Assembly (NCBI GenBank): GCA_963693365.1
Contig: CAVNZM010000004.1
Location: 1,919,449 to 1,983,448, forward strand
Source of the DNA: Amoebidium appalachense
Taxonomy: Eukaryota > Protista > Ichthyosporea
Direction: 5' to 3'
DNA: 64,000 bases
Within the stretch, counting starts at the first letter, position 1; the number at the start of each line of letters is the position of its first letter. Of this stretch, positions 1 through 32,687 are shown piece by piece. The notes under the pieces are model-generated. The model was not told the origin of the DNA. It ran no database searches and saw nothing but the letters and a program-made list of their open reading frames with translations. A program made the position numbers and the translations under genes.

Positions 1-803
1 ACTACCGTCATACTGCAAGTCCTTTCTAATGTAGGGCATTCTCCCAACGCCTCCCCCCGTTTTGGAGGGAACAAACAAAGAATACAACACGCTGTCTCCG
101 CACACCTTCAGCAATTTTACCATTTATTGCTACAAACATAAGTAGAACTGTTGACCTGCCTGCTGGCCAACGTAATTTCAAAATATATGCGCCACCCATG
201 GCAGCACCTTGCACTCCTCGAGAACCAGCTTGAGGGTTTTATGTTTTTATAAATATACTGTTACACAGAGACCTTTCTTAGTTTAGAATTTCCTTGCTCC
301 GAAATGTGTGTGGTGCATACATTGTTTAGCACCCAGTTTACCATAACCCCGAACGAAGGACTGCCGTGTCGGGATAAATAGTGCCGTTTTGTTTCCCAAA
401 TATGTATATTAACAGAGGTTTAAATGACACTCGTGCATCAATGGCGAGACAGATGCATACGGATTTGAAGATTTTTCGAAAAGTGTAAGATGACAGATAG
501 GATCATAGAACTTCAGAGACACCAAAGTAAATACATTTTGGCAGCTGGTTTGGCTCTGATGCATAAGCCTTTGTGCAAGGTGCTGTTCCTAGATGCGTTG
601 CGTTTCCCCCCCTTTTGATAAACTAAGATCGTGGCGGAAATGCCAGAAGCGGCGGAATGTCCAGAAGGTCGGCATCACTCATCCATGTCAAACATGCACA
701 CGTGGTCGCCAACCAGAACCCTGCAAGAATACTCGTCAGTCCGGGGCAACACGTGACATCACAAAAAATTGATGCCATGAAACAGAAAAAGGCCAAAAAA
801 GGC

Positions 804-841
<38 letters not shown>

Positions 842-924
842 CCTAAAAAAAACGCCAAGAATCCAAGCAGCAACAGCAGACACCGAGTTTCGGACCCCCA
901 GAAGAACCTGATGTCCAATCAATA

Positions 925-1491
925 TTATGATGTCAGCTCATCTTCAACACTTAGAGAGGGAGCCGAGCCAGAGACAACTACCAGACCTAGCAGAAGAAGA
1001 AGAAGGAGCATAAAAGAGAAAAACACAGAGAAAAAGAACTTTAACGTGTGGTGGTCGTACCTTGGTGTTTGGTTGGCTGAAGGCTGTGGTGGTTCCTCGG
1101 AGTCGTTTCCTGACAAGCTATCGCTCGACTCAGACTCCACAGCAGGGGGAGGAGGTCGTAATAGACCCCTTCGTATCAACATCTTCTCGGCATGGAGCCT
1201 CTGACTGAAATGCATTCGCGACAACCAGCTTTGGTAAACATCGGGTTGTGATGCTGAGGTGGTTGGTCGCGCTACCCTCTCTTTGTGCTTGATATTAAAC
1301 GAAATGGCATTTTGTGACTTCGTGGCCATCATATTCTCGGCTTGCTCAGGCTCGCCTTTCTTTCCACCAATCCTTCCGCACGCGTCACACCAGCCCTGCG
1401 CTCCCACGGTTGGCCGGCACATGAATGCTTCTTGGCTATCACCCGGCGACGGGATGCTCACAGAAAAACAAAAACAAGGAAATTGTGGCAC
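925..1491 (-). CDS. Possible coding exon(s) of an unidentified gene
   Basis: Non-repetitive open frame (…WLSRMHFSQRLHAEKMLIRRGLLRPPPPAVESESSD…) with a plausible GTACGA donor near 1060; no family recognised and no complete model could be built. Confidence 0.3.
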   Translation of the reverse strand: MPQFPCFCFSVSIPSPGDSQEAFMCRPTVGAQGWCDACGRIGGKKGEPEQAENMMATKSQNAISFNIKHKERVARPTTSASQPDVYQSWLSRMHFSQRLHAEKMLIRRGLLRPPPPAVESESSDSLSGNDSEEPPQPSANQTPRYDHHTLKFFFSVFFSFMLLLLLLLGLVVVSGSAPSLSVEDELTS

Positions 1492-2633
1492 AAAAATGTG
1501 CTACTGCACACTCCTCGGACTAGAAATCAATAAAAATCCCTCTCCGAGTCAATGAACCAACTATGCGAACACCAAGAGGAGACGACTGCTTGAGTGCAGC
1601 ATTAACACCACCGCATGTCTATTGTAGCAGGGCGGCCAAGGGGTTTTGACAGGGCACAAAAGTTCCTTATTCATCACAGCTGGCCTGCTAAGGGAATCTC
1701 AGCAACTCCCGTAGAGAACAAAGATAAGCAAAACGGGAAACTAAACACAAAACCACACGGCAACTTTTACTCCTTATCTCACACAACTTCACACATACAC
1801 ACAAACTGCTCTTATAAAATCTGCCAGAAGAAACCTACAATAGTCATAAAACGAAAACGAAGACTGATGTGTTTCAAGAAAGACAACGCTGTGTGTGTGC
1901 TGGGAAAAAGCCAATGCTTGCATGGATCCATGTGTACTAATTGGCCTGGGACAGTGGTTTGTGTCGGTATATAATTTCCGTGATATCAACGGGTACTAAA
2001 TTGTAAAAAAAACATAAATCTCTTATAAGCTGTAACAAAATACAATGACTGGTAGATAATAAGATTTAAACGTTTGAATAATAAAGGCTCTGTCCGAGCA
2101 CCACCTATGCTACATAGCACTGATTGGCTACTTGACAACACCTCGTGCGTGCGTAGCCAATACGATGAAGAATTCGAGTTTTTACAGATCTATCTTCTGA
2201 AGTGGCGGCATCTCAGGAGAAGGTGTCAGGAAAAACCTCTCAAGGGTTTGTATTATTTCATATGCACACTATGAATTTTATGAATATGTTTACTACCATA
2301 TATTTACTGTGTAAAACTTAATCCTGAGTGACATTTTTTATGAGTGGCTCAGCATATGAGTCAGTCAAATCACTGCGGCTGAGCAGCCGCTTTGTAAGCT
2401 ACTGCTGAGCCACTTGATCGATAAGGTCGGCGCCGCCGACCAAGCGGCTCCTGGACGCGTGCCCCGCCGTGCTAATCCTGGGAATCGTCATCCAAGCGCA
2501 CGGCTGACAGCGATGGGATAGATTGCATCACGTGCAAACACATATAAAGCAAAGATACCCATTTGGCAAGACATTTATTTGAAAAAAAGAAGGAAAACGA
2601 CATACACACATCTCCGGCGCTATGAGAAGATTC

Positions 2634-3662
2634 CAAGGCATTGCTCACCCCCCTGTCGGTCCGGCCCGGTCCGGTCTGCCATTTAAAATTTGGCGGTCGG
2701 GTCCCGGTCCGAATTCGGTCCTTTTTGCCCCCCCCGCTCCCCCCCTCCCCCCCCCCCCCCCCCCCCCCCTGCATATGGACCCCCCCCCCCCCCCCGCTCG
2801 GGGGCCCTCGGTGGCCCGGCTCCTTCTACCCCCCCCCCCCCCCCCCCCCCCTGCACCTAGTTCTCCCCCACGTGCGACCCTCCCACGGCCCTTCATCTCT
2901 CTCTCTCTCTCTCTCTCTCTCCCCCTCACCTCACCTCATGATCATGAGATCTGATCTCCATCTCGAGCTCCCTCCTTATAACCGGTTCACACCCTCCCCT
3001 GGACCCCCCGGCCCCCCCCCCCCCCCCCCTCCCTCCCCCCGGTTTCCACCCCCCCCCCTCCCAAACCCCGGGCAGCTCTCCAGCATGCCCATCCCCCTCC
3101 CCTCCCCCCCCCCCCTCCCCCCCCCCTCCCCCTCCTTTTCCCTGCTCCCCCCCCTTCCCCCTCGAGCTCATGATCAGTCTCCTTCGAATTCCCCTGGTCG
3201 CCACTACCGCCAGAGTTAGCGCTGTCTGGCACAACAACGGGGATTCTCCTCCCTTCATATCCTTTTGCGGTAAGTATGAGCATATGGACACATACTGGCC
3301 CACTCAGTTCATTACGTGGCTGAGTCTCGCCTCCTCATTTCAGAGATCTGAAAGATCCTGTCGAGCTACATATGTCCGGGGATAGAGATATGAAGAAAGA
3401 GCATGCATGCGTGTGTGTGAAAAGAGAGGAAAGAGAGTGGAGAAGAGAGTGTAGAGGGCGCGCGGAGAGGAGAGGGAGAGGATAAGGAAAGGGCGGAGAG
3501 AGCCGGGCATAGTCATAACGAGGAAAACACAGGAAAACAACTAGTACCTGCACAAAAAAAAGTGCTGAATACACTGGTCCTCACTTTTGAGGACCGGACC
3601 GGTCCGGTCCGACCCCAGGACCGGTCCGAACCGTCGGTCCGGTCCAGACCGGCAATGCCTTG
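2634..3662. mobile_element. Non-autonomous hAT-like DNA transposon
   Basis: Perfect 11-bp TIR CAAGGCATTGC (2634-2644) / GCAATGCCTTG (3652-3662); exact 8-bp TSD GAAGATTC (2626-2633 and 3663-3670); dense subterminal GGTCC/GGACC repeats at both ends; no transposase ORF. An 8-bp TSD with a short CA-starting TIR is typical of hAT. Confidence 0.85.
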
Positions 3663-3914
3663 GAAGATTCTCGATCGAGAGGATTTAAAAATTTAGCATT
3701 TGGATATGCCATATGGGACTGGGGGTTTACGCTGTTTACTCGAGGCAAAGAGAACCAGTCTCAGGTATGGGGGGGGGTTTTGCTCGGAATATCCCCTCAG
3801 CGGTATATCATGATCACGTACATAGATGTCGGGTGGTGACTATATATCAGGGTTTACTTTCTCTACGAGACACCATAAAGACTACAAGGAGAAATCAATT
3901 AGTTGGGGTTCCCC

Positions 3915-3916
<2 letters not shown>

Positions 3917-3947
<31 letters not shown>

Positions 3948-3979
3948 GCGCTCCCCTCGGGACACTCGGTATCAGCTGG

Positions 3980-4038
<59 letters not shown>

Positions 4039-7000
4039 TGTTTGTGTGTGTGTGTGCGCGTGCGCTATAATTTTGTAGTGATGTGTTTCTCAAGCCAATC
4101 AATACATCTAATAAACAGGTCGTAGTTACGCGTGTTTAGTATAAAATCAAGGATGTTGTAATTTACAGGTAGGCTATCTTTCTGGGTGTCTGTTGTGAAT
4201 GTGACGTGTGTGTGTTGCGGTATTATGTGGTCTATCAAACTACATTTGGCGATACATGACCGGTTAAACTGGTGTGTGTGTGTGTTGTTTGGGCATGCAA
4301 ATGATGCCACCTTATACTTATTAGATCTCCACTGTATAGCACGTGTACAGTAAAAGCGTGGTAATTGATCAATAATACCATCAGCTAGAGAAAGACCAGT
4401 TCTACAGGAAGGTAATATGTATTTAGGTGTTATACACTTGCGAGTGCCATATTTGGCAATATGGTTGAGGCGGTCAGTATATATAAAACGAGACATAAGG
4501 CTTAGTTTTTCAAGGTGTATGCTTTCATCGGGTCTAGTGTCGTGTGGTATCTTTTTCCATTTGTTATATTGCGTGATTATCTTGTGATTGTGTACATGTT
4601 TAATAAGTAAGTGGCAGTCCAAAGTCACACACACACTATTGCGGGGTTTATTTGTATTTGTGCCCAGGGGAGAAGGGGAGAGAGAGGGGAGGAAAGAGGG
4701 GAGAGGTGAGGAGGGGACAGGTCGGATAGAGAAGAGAGGGTGGGAGGGCAAATACTTCTTTAAGCGGCTTATGTGCTTATTGAATTTCAGCGCGAGATAG
4801 GATACTCTAGCAGCTATTGGGACCAGACCATATATCGAGAGCGTTACAGGCCCAGGTTTACAACAGTTGTTACTAAAGAAAGGAGGCAACTTCTGCTTCA
4901 AGGAAATTTGCCAAGGGTTTAAGCGCTCTAGTTCTCTCTTTCTTGATCCAAGCGGCGAGAAGGGGTAAACCATATTCACATGCCGGGAAGACAAAAGTGC
5001 GAATAAATGTAAGTCTAATAGAAGGATGGAGGGGTGTGTCTTTAAAAATATTAGCCGAGAAGAAAGCTAACCGCTTACGAGCCAACTCTACCCTCTTTTC
5101 GACCATATGGGGAAACATAACACCAACAGAATCAACCGGAACACCAAGATATTTGTATTCTGGAACTATAGGTACAGGTTTAGATGATAATGTAAATGTG
5201 TGTAAATTGTTAGCTATATCAGGTACAAGAACACCACATTTGTCTATGTTAAGGATCATAAGGTTTGCCTTGCACCACTCTGACACTACATCGAACAATC
5301 TTTGCAGGCGTCTAGGGGTACGGGCAAGGAGGGACAGATCATCAGCATAGAGAAGTGCAGGCGGAAAGTTATTAATAGGGTCATCGTTTTCGGCGTAAAT
5401 CTTGACAGCCAAATCATCTATAAATAGGTTAAACAAAAAGGGGCTAAGCAATGAACCCTGCAAGAGACCTCTAGTACGAGCAAAACCATATGAAAGATGC
5501 CCATTAACCACAGCTCTACCATAGGTTTGAGACAAGAGTGCTTCTAACAGAACACCACATGATGCAGTGTGGTACACCCCGTGCAGCAAGCTTTTCCCAT
5601 AGGAGACCAGGGGAGACAGAATCGTAAGCAGTTTTCCAATCAATAAAGCCAACATATTGTGCACCAACTTGCATAGAATCGTGCAGTGCCATTATTTGAA
5701 CATAACATGAATTGTTTTTACGAAAAGCGGATTGGCATGGGTGTATGTGAAGAATAGATTGAAACCTAGGGTGATGTGCAAATAACCTAAGTAAGCAAGC
5801 TTCAAAGAATCTACGAACAACCTGGGTTAGTGTAATGGGGCGAAAGGATGATATGGGGCCCTCAGAGTCCTTCTTAACTATGGGGATCACTAAGGTATCT
5901 AACCAAGATGACGGGACATGTCCACATTTAACACACCAAGAAAAGAGAGAGCTTAACATGATAGTAAGATCAGGTTTAATAGCACGATCACTTTCCTTTT
6001 GTGGGTAGGAGGGAACAAGGATTTTAAGAAACCCAGCAGGGAGTCCATCAGGTCCACAAGACTTACTAGAGCTATAACTAGATATCACAGACCACATGGC
6101 ATCGGGACTGAAAAAGGGGAGGATCGATTCTATGGGGATAGATGGGTCTACAGGCCACACAATAGGTTTCTGAGCGGGGGTCCTATCTTTAAACAGTTCC
6201 GAGAAATACTTATCAGAGTCTATGAGGGGGTCTCCAGTGGTATCACCAATAATACGAGCAGGGGGGCCAAATCGATTCATACTAGCAAGCCGGCGCAAGC
6301 TTTCCTTTTGAGACAGGGGTTCACCTAGTCTAGCGGGAGTGGTGTTTGGTAACAAGAGAGCATCGGGATATTCCTTCCTACCACCGCCAGCATAATCACC
6401 GAGATCTATCAAATCATCAACAATAAAGTTAGTGCATGTATCTAGTACGAGATGTGAATCTGGCCTGGCTTGTGCAGATTCTAATAGGCGCATATATATA
6501 GGGTGTTTCGTAGCATAGCATACACATACATCAACTCTACCCCACTGTGACTTAAGCTGGGATAGACGGAGGCGAAAGGTGGGAGGAGGAGGGGGGAGCA
6601 GATCAAAGGGAGATCTTAGGTAGGAAAAGGATAGGAGAGTGGTCAGATGACCTAGAGAGGTTAGGAGGGAGAGAGAGTTTTGACATGGTTGATGGCCAAA
6701 AGGCCACTCCCCAGTCGGTGTTGTGGGCATGGGATATTTGAGGGAACCGCAAAGTGTGACTTTGGACATACCTTGCTAAAGGGATAGCACGCTCCGGGGG
6801 CTTAGATGGGTACCCGACACTCACTTGCAGTGTGTCTGTGTGGTGGAGTCGCGTGTTAAAATCACCTAAAATAACAGTGGACATTGGTAACTGTGACAAC
6901 TCGTGAGTCAATTCGACAACCGACATAGATGGTGGGTAATATACAAAAGTAAAAACATTAGAAAGAAACTCTATAGAAACCGAGAATTCCGTTTTTGCTA

Positions 7001-7265
7001 CCGGTTTGCACTTCACTCTCACGTGTGGTGCGGCAAGTACAATAATGCCTCGGTTTTTCGCGTAACCGGGGTGTGTGGATGTGTCGACCAATGTAGAGTT
7101 GAATTTGTGGTGGTTTTTAAACTGTGTTTCGCAAATCACTGTAAACGTGTGGTTGTTTGTCTGTTGTTGTATGTAGCTGATTTTATCGTCGAGTGTCCCG
7201 GGGGGGAGGCCCTTTTGGGGGCCCAGTGTCCGAGCATTCCAGAAGAAGAAGGATAAATTAGGCAT
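3917..7265 (-). mobile_element. Non-LTR (LINE-like) retrotransposon: APE endonuclease, reverse transcriptase and C-terminal Cys/His region; ORF broken into four frames
   Basis: APE motifs WNART, GDFN, SDH (ORF 6603-7316, likely ATG at 7265); RT motifs GPDGLP, FRPITL, QSAFR, DWKTAYDSV (5516-6769), QGSLLSPFLFNLFIDDL, YADD, YKYLGV (4873-5667); C-terminal QWRxN…FNRxxIxxC…LDFILN (4065-4994); poly(A) tail is the T-run 3917-3944. The 5' boundary and TSD were not found. Confidence 0.92.
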
Positions 7266-8129
7266 CGGTTTGGTCCGACACCTGTGGGGTTGGTTTAGGA
7301 ATGTGGTATGGCGCAATCACGTCAATCCTGATTCGTCCCCTTGGGGTGTTCCTGGGTTTTTAAAGAACTTTTTATCCGTGGAATGCGAACGAAAATAAAC
7401 CCACGCGCCTTCTTTGGCCGTCCGACTCAGCCTCCCATGGCCAGTTTCCGAAAGTTTCGTCACCAACTGATAGGTAATATGACCATGCAAGCTGAGCATA
7501 CTCGTCGTATTACTCGACTGCATGTTTATTTAATAACTGGATGGAGCGTGGCAAAAAAAAGTTGTGCAGTACTAGTAGTTCCTGGATGCATTCAAATTGC
7601 ACCGTTTCGAAGCCAAATGAAAGTGAATCACAGTACATACAGCAGCTAGTACATACAGCTGAGTCAGGCACACGCACACGTTAACCCTGTTAACGTTGTA
7701 GCATGCTAGCGGCTCAGTCGAATTGTGAGCCTGGCCATGGGTGCGTCCAGAGAACTCCATGGCAAGCACTCCGACATCTCTGAGGTGTCACGACTGCCCA
7801 CGCTTGGCAGATGGCAGTGCGGAAGATCGACAGTATCAGGTAGCCTACGTAGTAGTGTTCAGTCCAGCTCCTCAAAGGTACATGAGGGCATCGTTCTCAG
7901 AGGTTCTTTCTTTACGTGTAATGTTTTTTTTCTTTCCGGATACAGTGACATGTGGAATTCATGATCACACTGAGACAGTCAATGCCATACAGTCACGAAC
8001 TGGATGTGACCGTGTGTGCATCATCATCAGCTTGCAATTGCAAGTGTTCGTGCATGCTGTGTGTGAATTTGAACGGTGTGTACAGCAGTCACGCACGTGT
8101 GTCGCAGTGTGTGGGACGGTCTGTGTGTA

Positions 8130-8184
<55 letters not shown>

Positions 8185-8266
8185 TGTGTCACGGTGCGTG
8201 TGTGTGCCAGTGGGCGTGTGTGCGGCGGTGTGTGACACTACTACACACTGTGCTAGCTAGTGCTGC

Positions 8267-8363
<97 letters not shown>

Positions 8364-8925
8364 TAGGTATGCAGCAGTGAACAGTCGACGTCCTTGAGCT
8401 TGCATCCCTCCGGCCCTCCGGGGGCCTAAATTTATTTGACACAACGCCATAGCTAATTAAAAAGTCTCCAGCAGTCAAGAGAGTAGATTCGGGACACAAA
8501 AAACCTCGCTTGTATTACTAACATGTACATACAGGAAGCGTAACACCGGTTTGCAAAAATTCTATGCCTTCCTAGCTTAAAAAAAAAGTTTACAAACATA
8601 TTTATCAAATATCTGATACAAGAAACTTGCAACTTGCAACCCGCGTCGCATTCATAGAAGCAAAGCCATTGACTTCATGCACATTGAATAAACATATACA
8701 TTCATATTGAGATGATTCATGTCAATAATCGGTACAGGTTGAGGTTAGAACACTTGAGCACAAAACAAATTGGCCACATTCAGTCTGTCAGACAGTGTTC
8801 CGTTCTAAAAAATATAATCAGGGAACCCTGTACTAGGTGATGATAGCAGTAATCGTAATGGTGTGGTGGGCGTATTAGGGGAGATAGGGAGAGTCTCTGG
8901 GGGCCCTGAGAGGAGAAGGAGGAGA

Positions 8926-8958
<33 letters not shown>

Positions 8959-8984
8959 GGGTGTGACAAAGAAAAAGGTACACA

Positions 8985-9063
<79 letters not shown>

Positions 9064-9217
9064 AGAGGGAGAGAGGGGGGGAGAGAGAGAGAGAAGGAGC
9101 AAAATAGGGGGAGGGGGAGAAGGGGGGGGGGGAGAAGGGGAAATATACGGGGAGAGGTCCTCGGTGTGTGTGGGTGTGTATGCGCGGGGAGAGGGACGGG
9201 GGGGGGGGGGGGGGGGG

Positions 9218-9248
<31 letters not shown>

Positions 9249-9411
9249 AGGTGGGGGGAAGGGGAGGGGGGAAAGATGAAATGAAAGAGAGCACGAGATT
9301 AGGAAGAAGAGGGTTTAGCAGGGGGAGAGGGAGGGCACCAAGGAGGGAAGAGGGGAGGGATGCCCTAGTTGCAGGGACTGAGAGGGACCGGGGCCAGCGG
9401 CGAGAGAGAAA

Positions 9412-9443
<32 letters not shown>

Positions 9444-9840
9444 GAGAGAGAGAGAGAGAGAAGGGGGGGGGGGGGGGGGGGGGGGGGGGGAAGGAGAAAC
9501 CGAGAGAGAGAGACTTAGAAGAATAGAGAAAGAGCCCCTTAAAGCTGGGAAGGTTCAAGCGAAATATTCACAACATGCAGGGGCACTCTAGGTGCGAAAA
9601 TGGCTCCAAACGGCGCATACAATCAAACACTCAAGCTCAATAATTGAAGTTACTCAGACCTCAACACAATAACATTCCTATCCATTCGTGCCACGTTCGG
9701 AAAATCGTCCTAATAACTAGCCCCTCCCCCCCCCCCCCCCCCCCCCCCCCCCAGTGGGTGGGGAGGGGAAAGTAGGTAGACAGAGATGGAGGGAGGGAGG
9801 GAGAAGAGAGAAAGCGGGCTGAACAAACCCTGAGAGTGCC

Positions 9841-29797
<19,957 letters not shown>

Positions 29798-31207
29798 TTT
29801 GGCCGGAGCCAGCCATGGATGTACGTCAGTTAGGCCAACTCAAACACCACTACTAGAAAAGGTATTCTTCCGTTGATGCATAACTTAGCCTGTGCACCGT
29901 TGAGACCCTCTTTTCACGTTCCCTATTGGCAACAAGCATATAATAAGTTTTTTGTTTTTCTTTCGCGAAGTTAGATGAGCTGCACTTGCACGAAGCTTCT
30001 GTTTTCAACTTCATCGACGCCCGTTTCAGTTGACAAAAGCACTCTCCATAGACTACCAGTTCAAAAACACCAAATATAGAAATATTTTGTGCGTTGTAAT
30101 TGGATATCTCAGGTTGGGCAGTTGTCATTCAAAACCTAAAATTTCAAGGGGTTCTGGCTCAGTGCCGGATTTTTGGAAAGTATAAAACAGCTTGCATATG
30201 CCCATTTTTTGCAACGCTTGAATGCTTTAGAGCTTCATTCCCCAACCGAAAAAATCATCTAACATATTAATAAATGAGAAAAAGATTGTTGTCGGCCTGG
30301 GCTGATCCAGCTCTCAAGAGATAAATGTTTTTCAACACCAAATTTGCGCATGGGGTTCTTCGAGCTGTCTGCAGGCTACCAAGTACCAATCAGATTGAGT
30401 CACGTAGCTGTGAGACTTTATATTTGATTGGCTCTCAATCTGTGAGCCGTTTGGGTCAGTTAGAGAAACATTCAGAATCGGGAACGAGAAGCACAGAGAA
30501 ACATTCAGAATCGGGAACGAGAGTCTGAGTCAAGGACCCAAGTCAACAGGAAACTTTGAAGTGGTGAAGTAGAAAAGGAAAATCACTTGGATCTTTTAGA
30601 AACAAACTATTCTAGTGGTCAGTTTAAAGGCTTTTTTTTGTTCATTTCCCATTTTCTTCAATTTTTGTGGTGGATTATTCTGTTCTTCGCTGCCCACGTG
30701 CTAGTTAGGCTGGCGACTGGCCTGCGAGTTTTTCTTGGCAAAAGGGTCGTTCCAGATTTTTCCTGTTTTTCATGGCATCTTTGGTTGTCTTTTTCGCCCT
30801 TTCCTCCGTTCATTTCTGACTTAAGAGACGTGTCGATTATGAATCAGACATGTGAATGCATAGTTACCACAGGAGCTGTAGTCTAGACACTGCAAGCCGC
30901 GGTGGCGCCGGGTTGGGGCCCAGTTGCAAGGCCGTTTACACGTTAACCACCTGTCATACACGTTACTTCTTCCATCTGACAGCGAAAACACACGTTATCT
31001 AGTGAGCACGCTTTTACGTATCAACTTTTTTTTTTCGAGTTTGTATTCGACCCCTTACAAAGAGGTAAGGCGGTGCGTTGTTGTAGACCTCTACCCACGG
31101 TCGACAGGCACGAGTTTCGGGCCTGTAACAGTGGCTATATGTTGGCACTGTGCATATACCTTGCTTCCATCTGTTACACAGCCGAGCTGCCAGGTCCCTT
31201 TTACAAC
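29798..31207. promoter_or_regulatory. Divergent intergenic/promoter region between the SNX and RNF103-like genes
   Basis: Head-to-head starts; microsatellite-free; CCAAT/ATTGG boxes near 30386-30431; 28-bp direct repeat AGAGAAACATTCAGAATCGGGAACGAGA x2 at about 30461-30522. Confidence 0.5.
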
Positions 31208-32616
31208 ATGAGGACCCCGGTGATCACTTCCCGTTTGGCACTTCTGTGCCTTTACGCCGCCCTACTTCATCTACTTATATCATACGGACCAGAATTTCGC
31301 TATACAACTTCTTTCGGCCCTGTTGGCAACATCACTGAGACCGAAGCAAACCGCCTAAAGCTGGAAACTCTATCCAGCAAGCAGATTCGCATGTTGCTTT
31401 CGGAACACAACCAGGATTGTGTTGGGTGCTTCCAGCGAGAGGAAATAGTTGAGCGTGGTGCCGAACTATTGAGCACGCTTCGTTACGAACCGTTCGGTTG
31501 GACACGGCAGCTTCATCTGTCCGAGGAACGATCGGTTGCTGAGGAAACGAAAGAAAACGCCTCTCCCTACGGCTACATACCCCTGCTCAGCACACACCAT
31601 CAGTTGGTGGACTATACGGCAGAAAAGGGGTTTGTTGTTGCGCATGTTGTTGCACGCCAGTATAATGCATCCATGGCGGCACAGTTAGCCAAGAAGCTCG
31701 GGCAGTGGGGTGTTAGCAGCGCAATTTTCGTCTGTGGTAGCGATAAGAGTGCCCCTCTGTGCCGAGAGAATGACACGGTGGGTACTTATTTGATTGTTCC
31801 GCCGTCCATTCTTCCACGCCCATACCAGCGTGCTGACGAGCTGGCATATTACACCACCACGCTATCCATCGTTCCGACTAAACCGTATTCTTCCCGTGAG
31901 GATGAAGAACTTCAAACAAACATCATGCACTGGGTTGCGCAAAATTTACCGGATTACACGCACGAAGTCCGTGCTCTACGCAACGACATGATTTTCAAGC
32001 AACTGAAAGAGCCATTGGCGCTGCATGTGAGCAAGTTGCCCCATCAGTTGCCGGTATTTACGCCGCTCAGCTGGCGTTTCCACAAGGAGAGCACCACCCC
32101 GTTTACCCTGGCCAGGTATCGCCTCCCAGCCAAGTTGCCCAGTTGGATGGGGCGTACTGCCCCAGCTGTCAACATTGATTTTGAGGTGCCGGCGCTGTAC
32201 ATCATGGTTCCTGCACCATTTGCTGAGCACCGCACCATGCAGTACCGAGGTGAGTACGGGAATGGTTTTGTGCGCCCACTGTGTCGAAACCAAAAGTCTC
32301 GTTTTTTTTTTTTTTTTTTTATTTGTTTGTTTGTTTGTTTTTTGGGGTTTTTTCTATGATCCCCTCCCCCCCCCCCCCCCCCCCCCCCCCCCCCGCCCCT
32401 TCCCGCTCCGGGTGTGTTTCCTCCTTTCCTGCCGCTCTCTGCTTCTAGGTTTTTCAAGATAGTTCCGCTCAGTCATCTTTTCCGCGTGTACTTATCTGCT
32501 ACCGCCTATCTGTAAGCATGCGGGACTGTAAGCCGAGGAATACATCTCCGACACACACACACCGCATACGCACACACACACACCCCAAACGAAACAAAAG
32601 GAGAGGGTGGGGGAGG

Positions 32617-32687
<71 letters not shown>

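Noticed and set aside
7317-8500. ORF1/gag or a 5' TSD for the LINE
   Set aside because: Only short ORFs without zinc-knuckle or RRM signatures; no copy of the sequence flanking the poly(A) tail was found.
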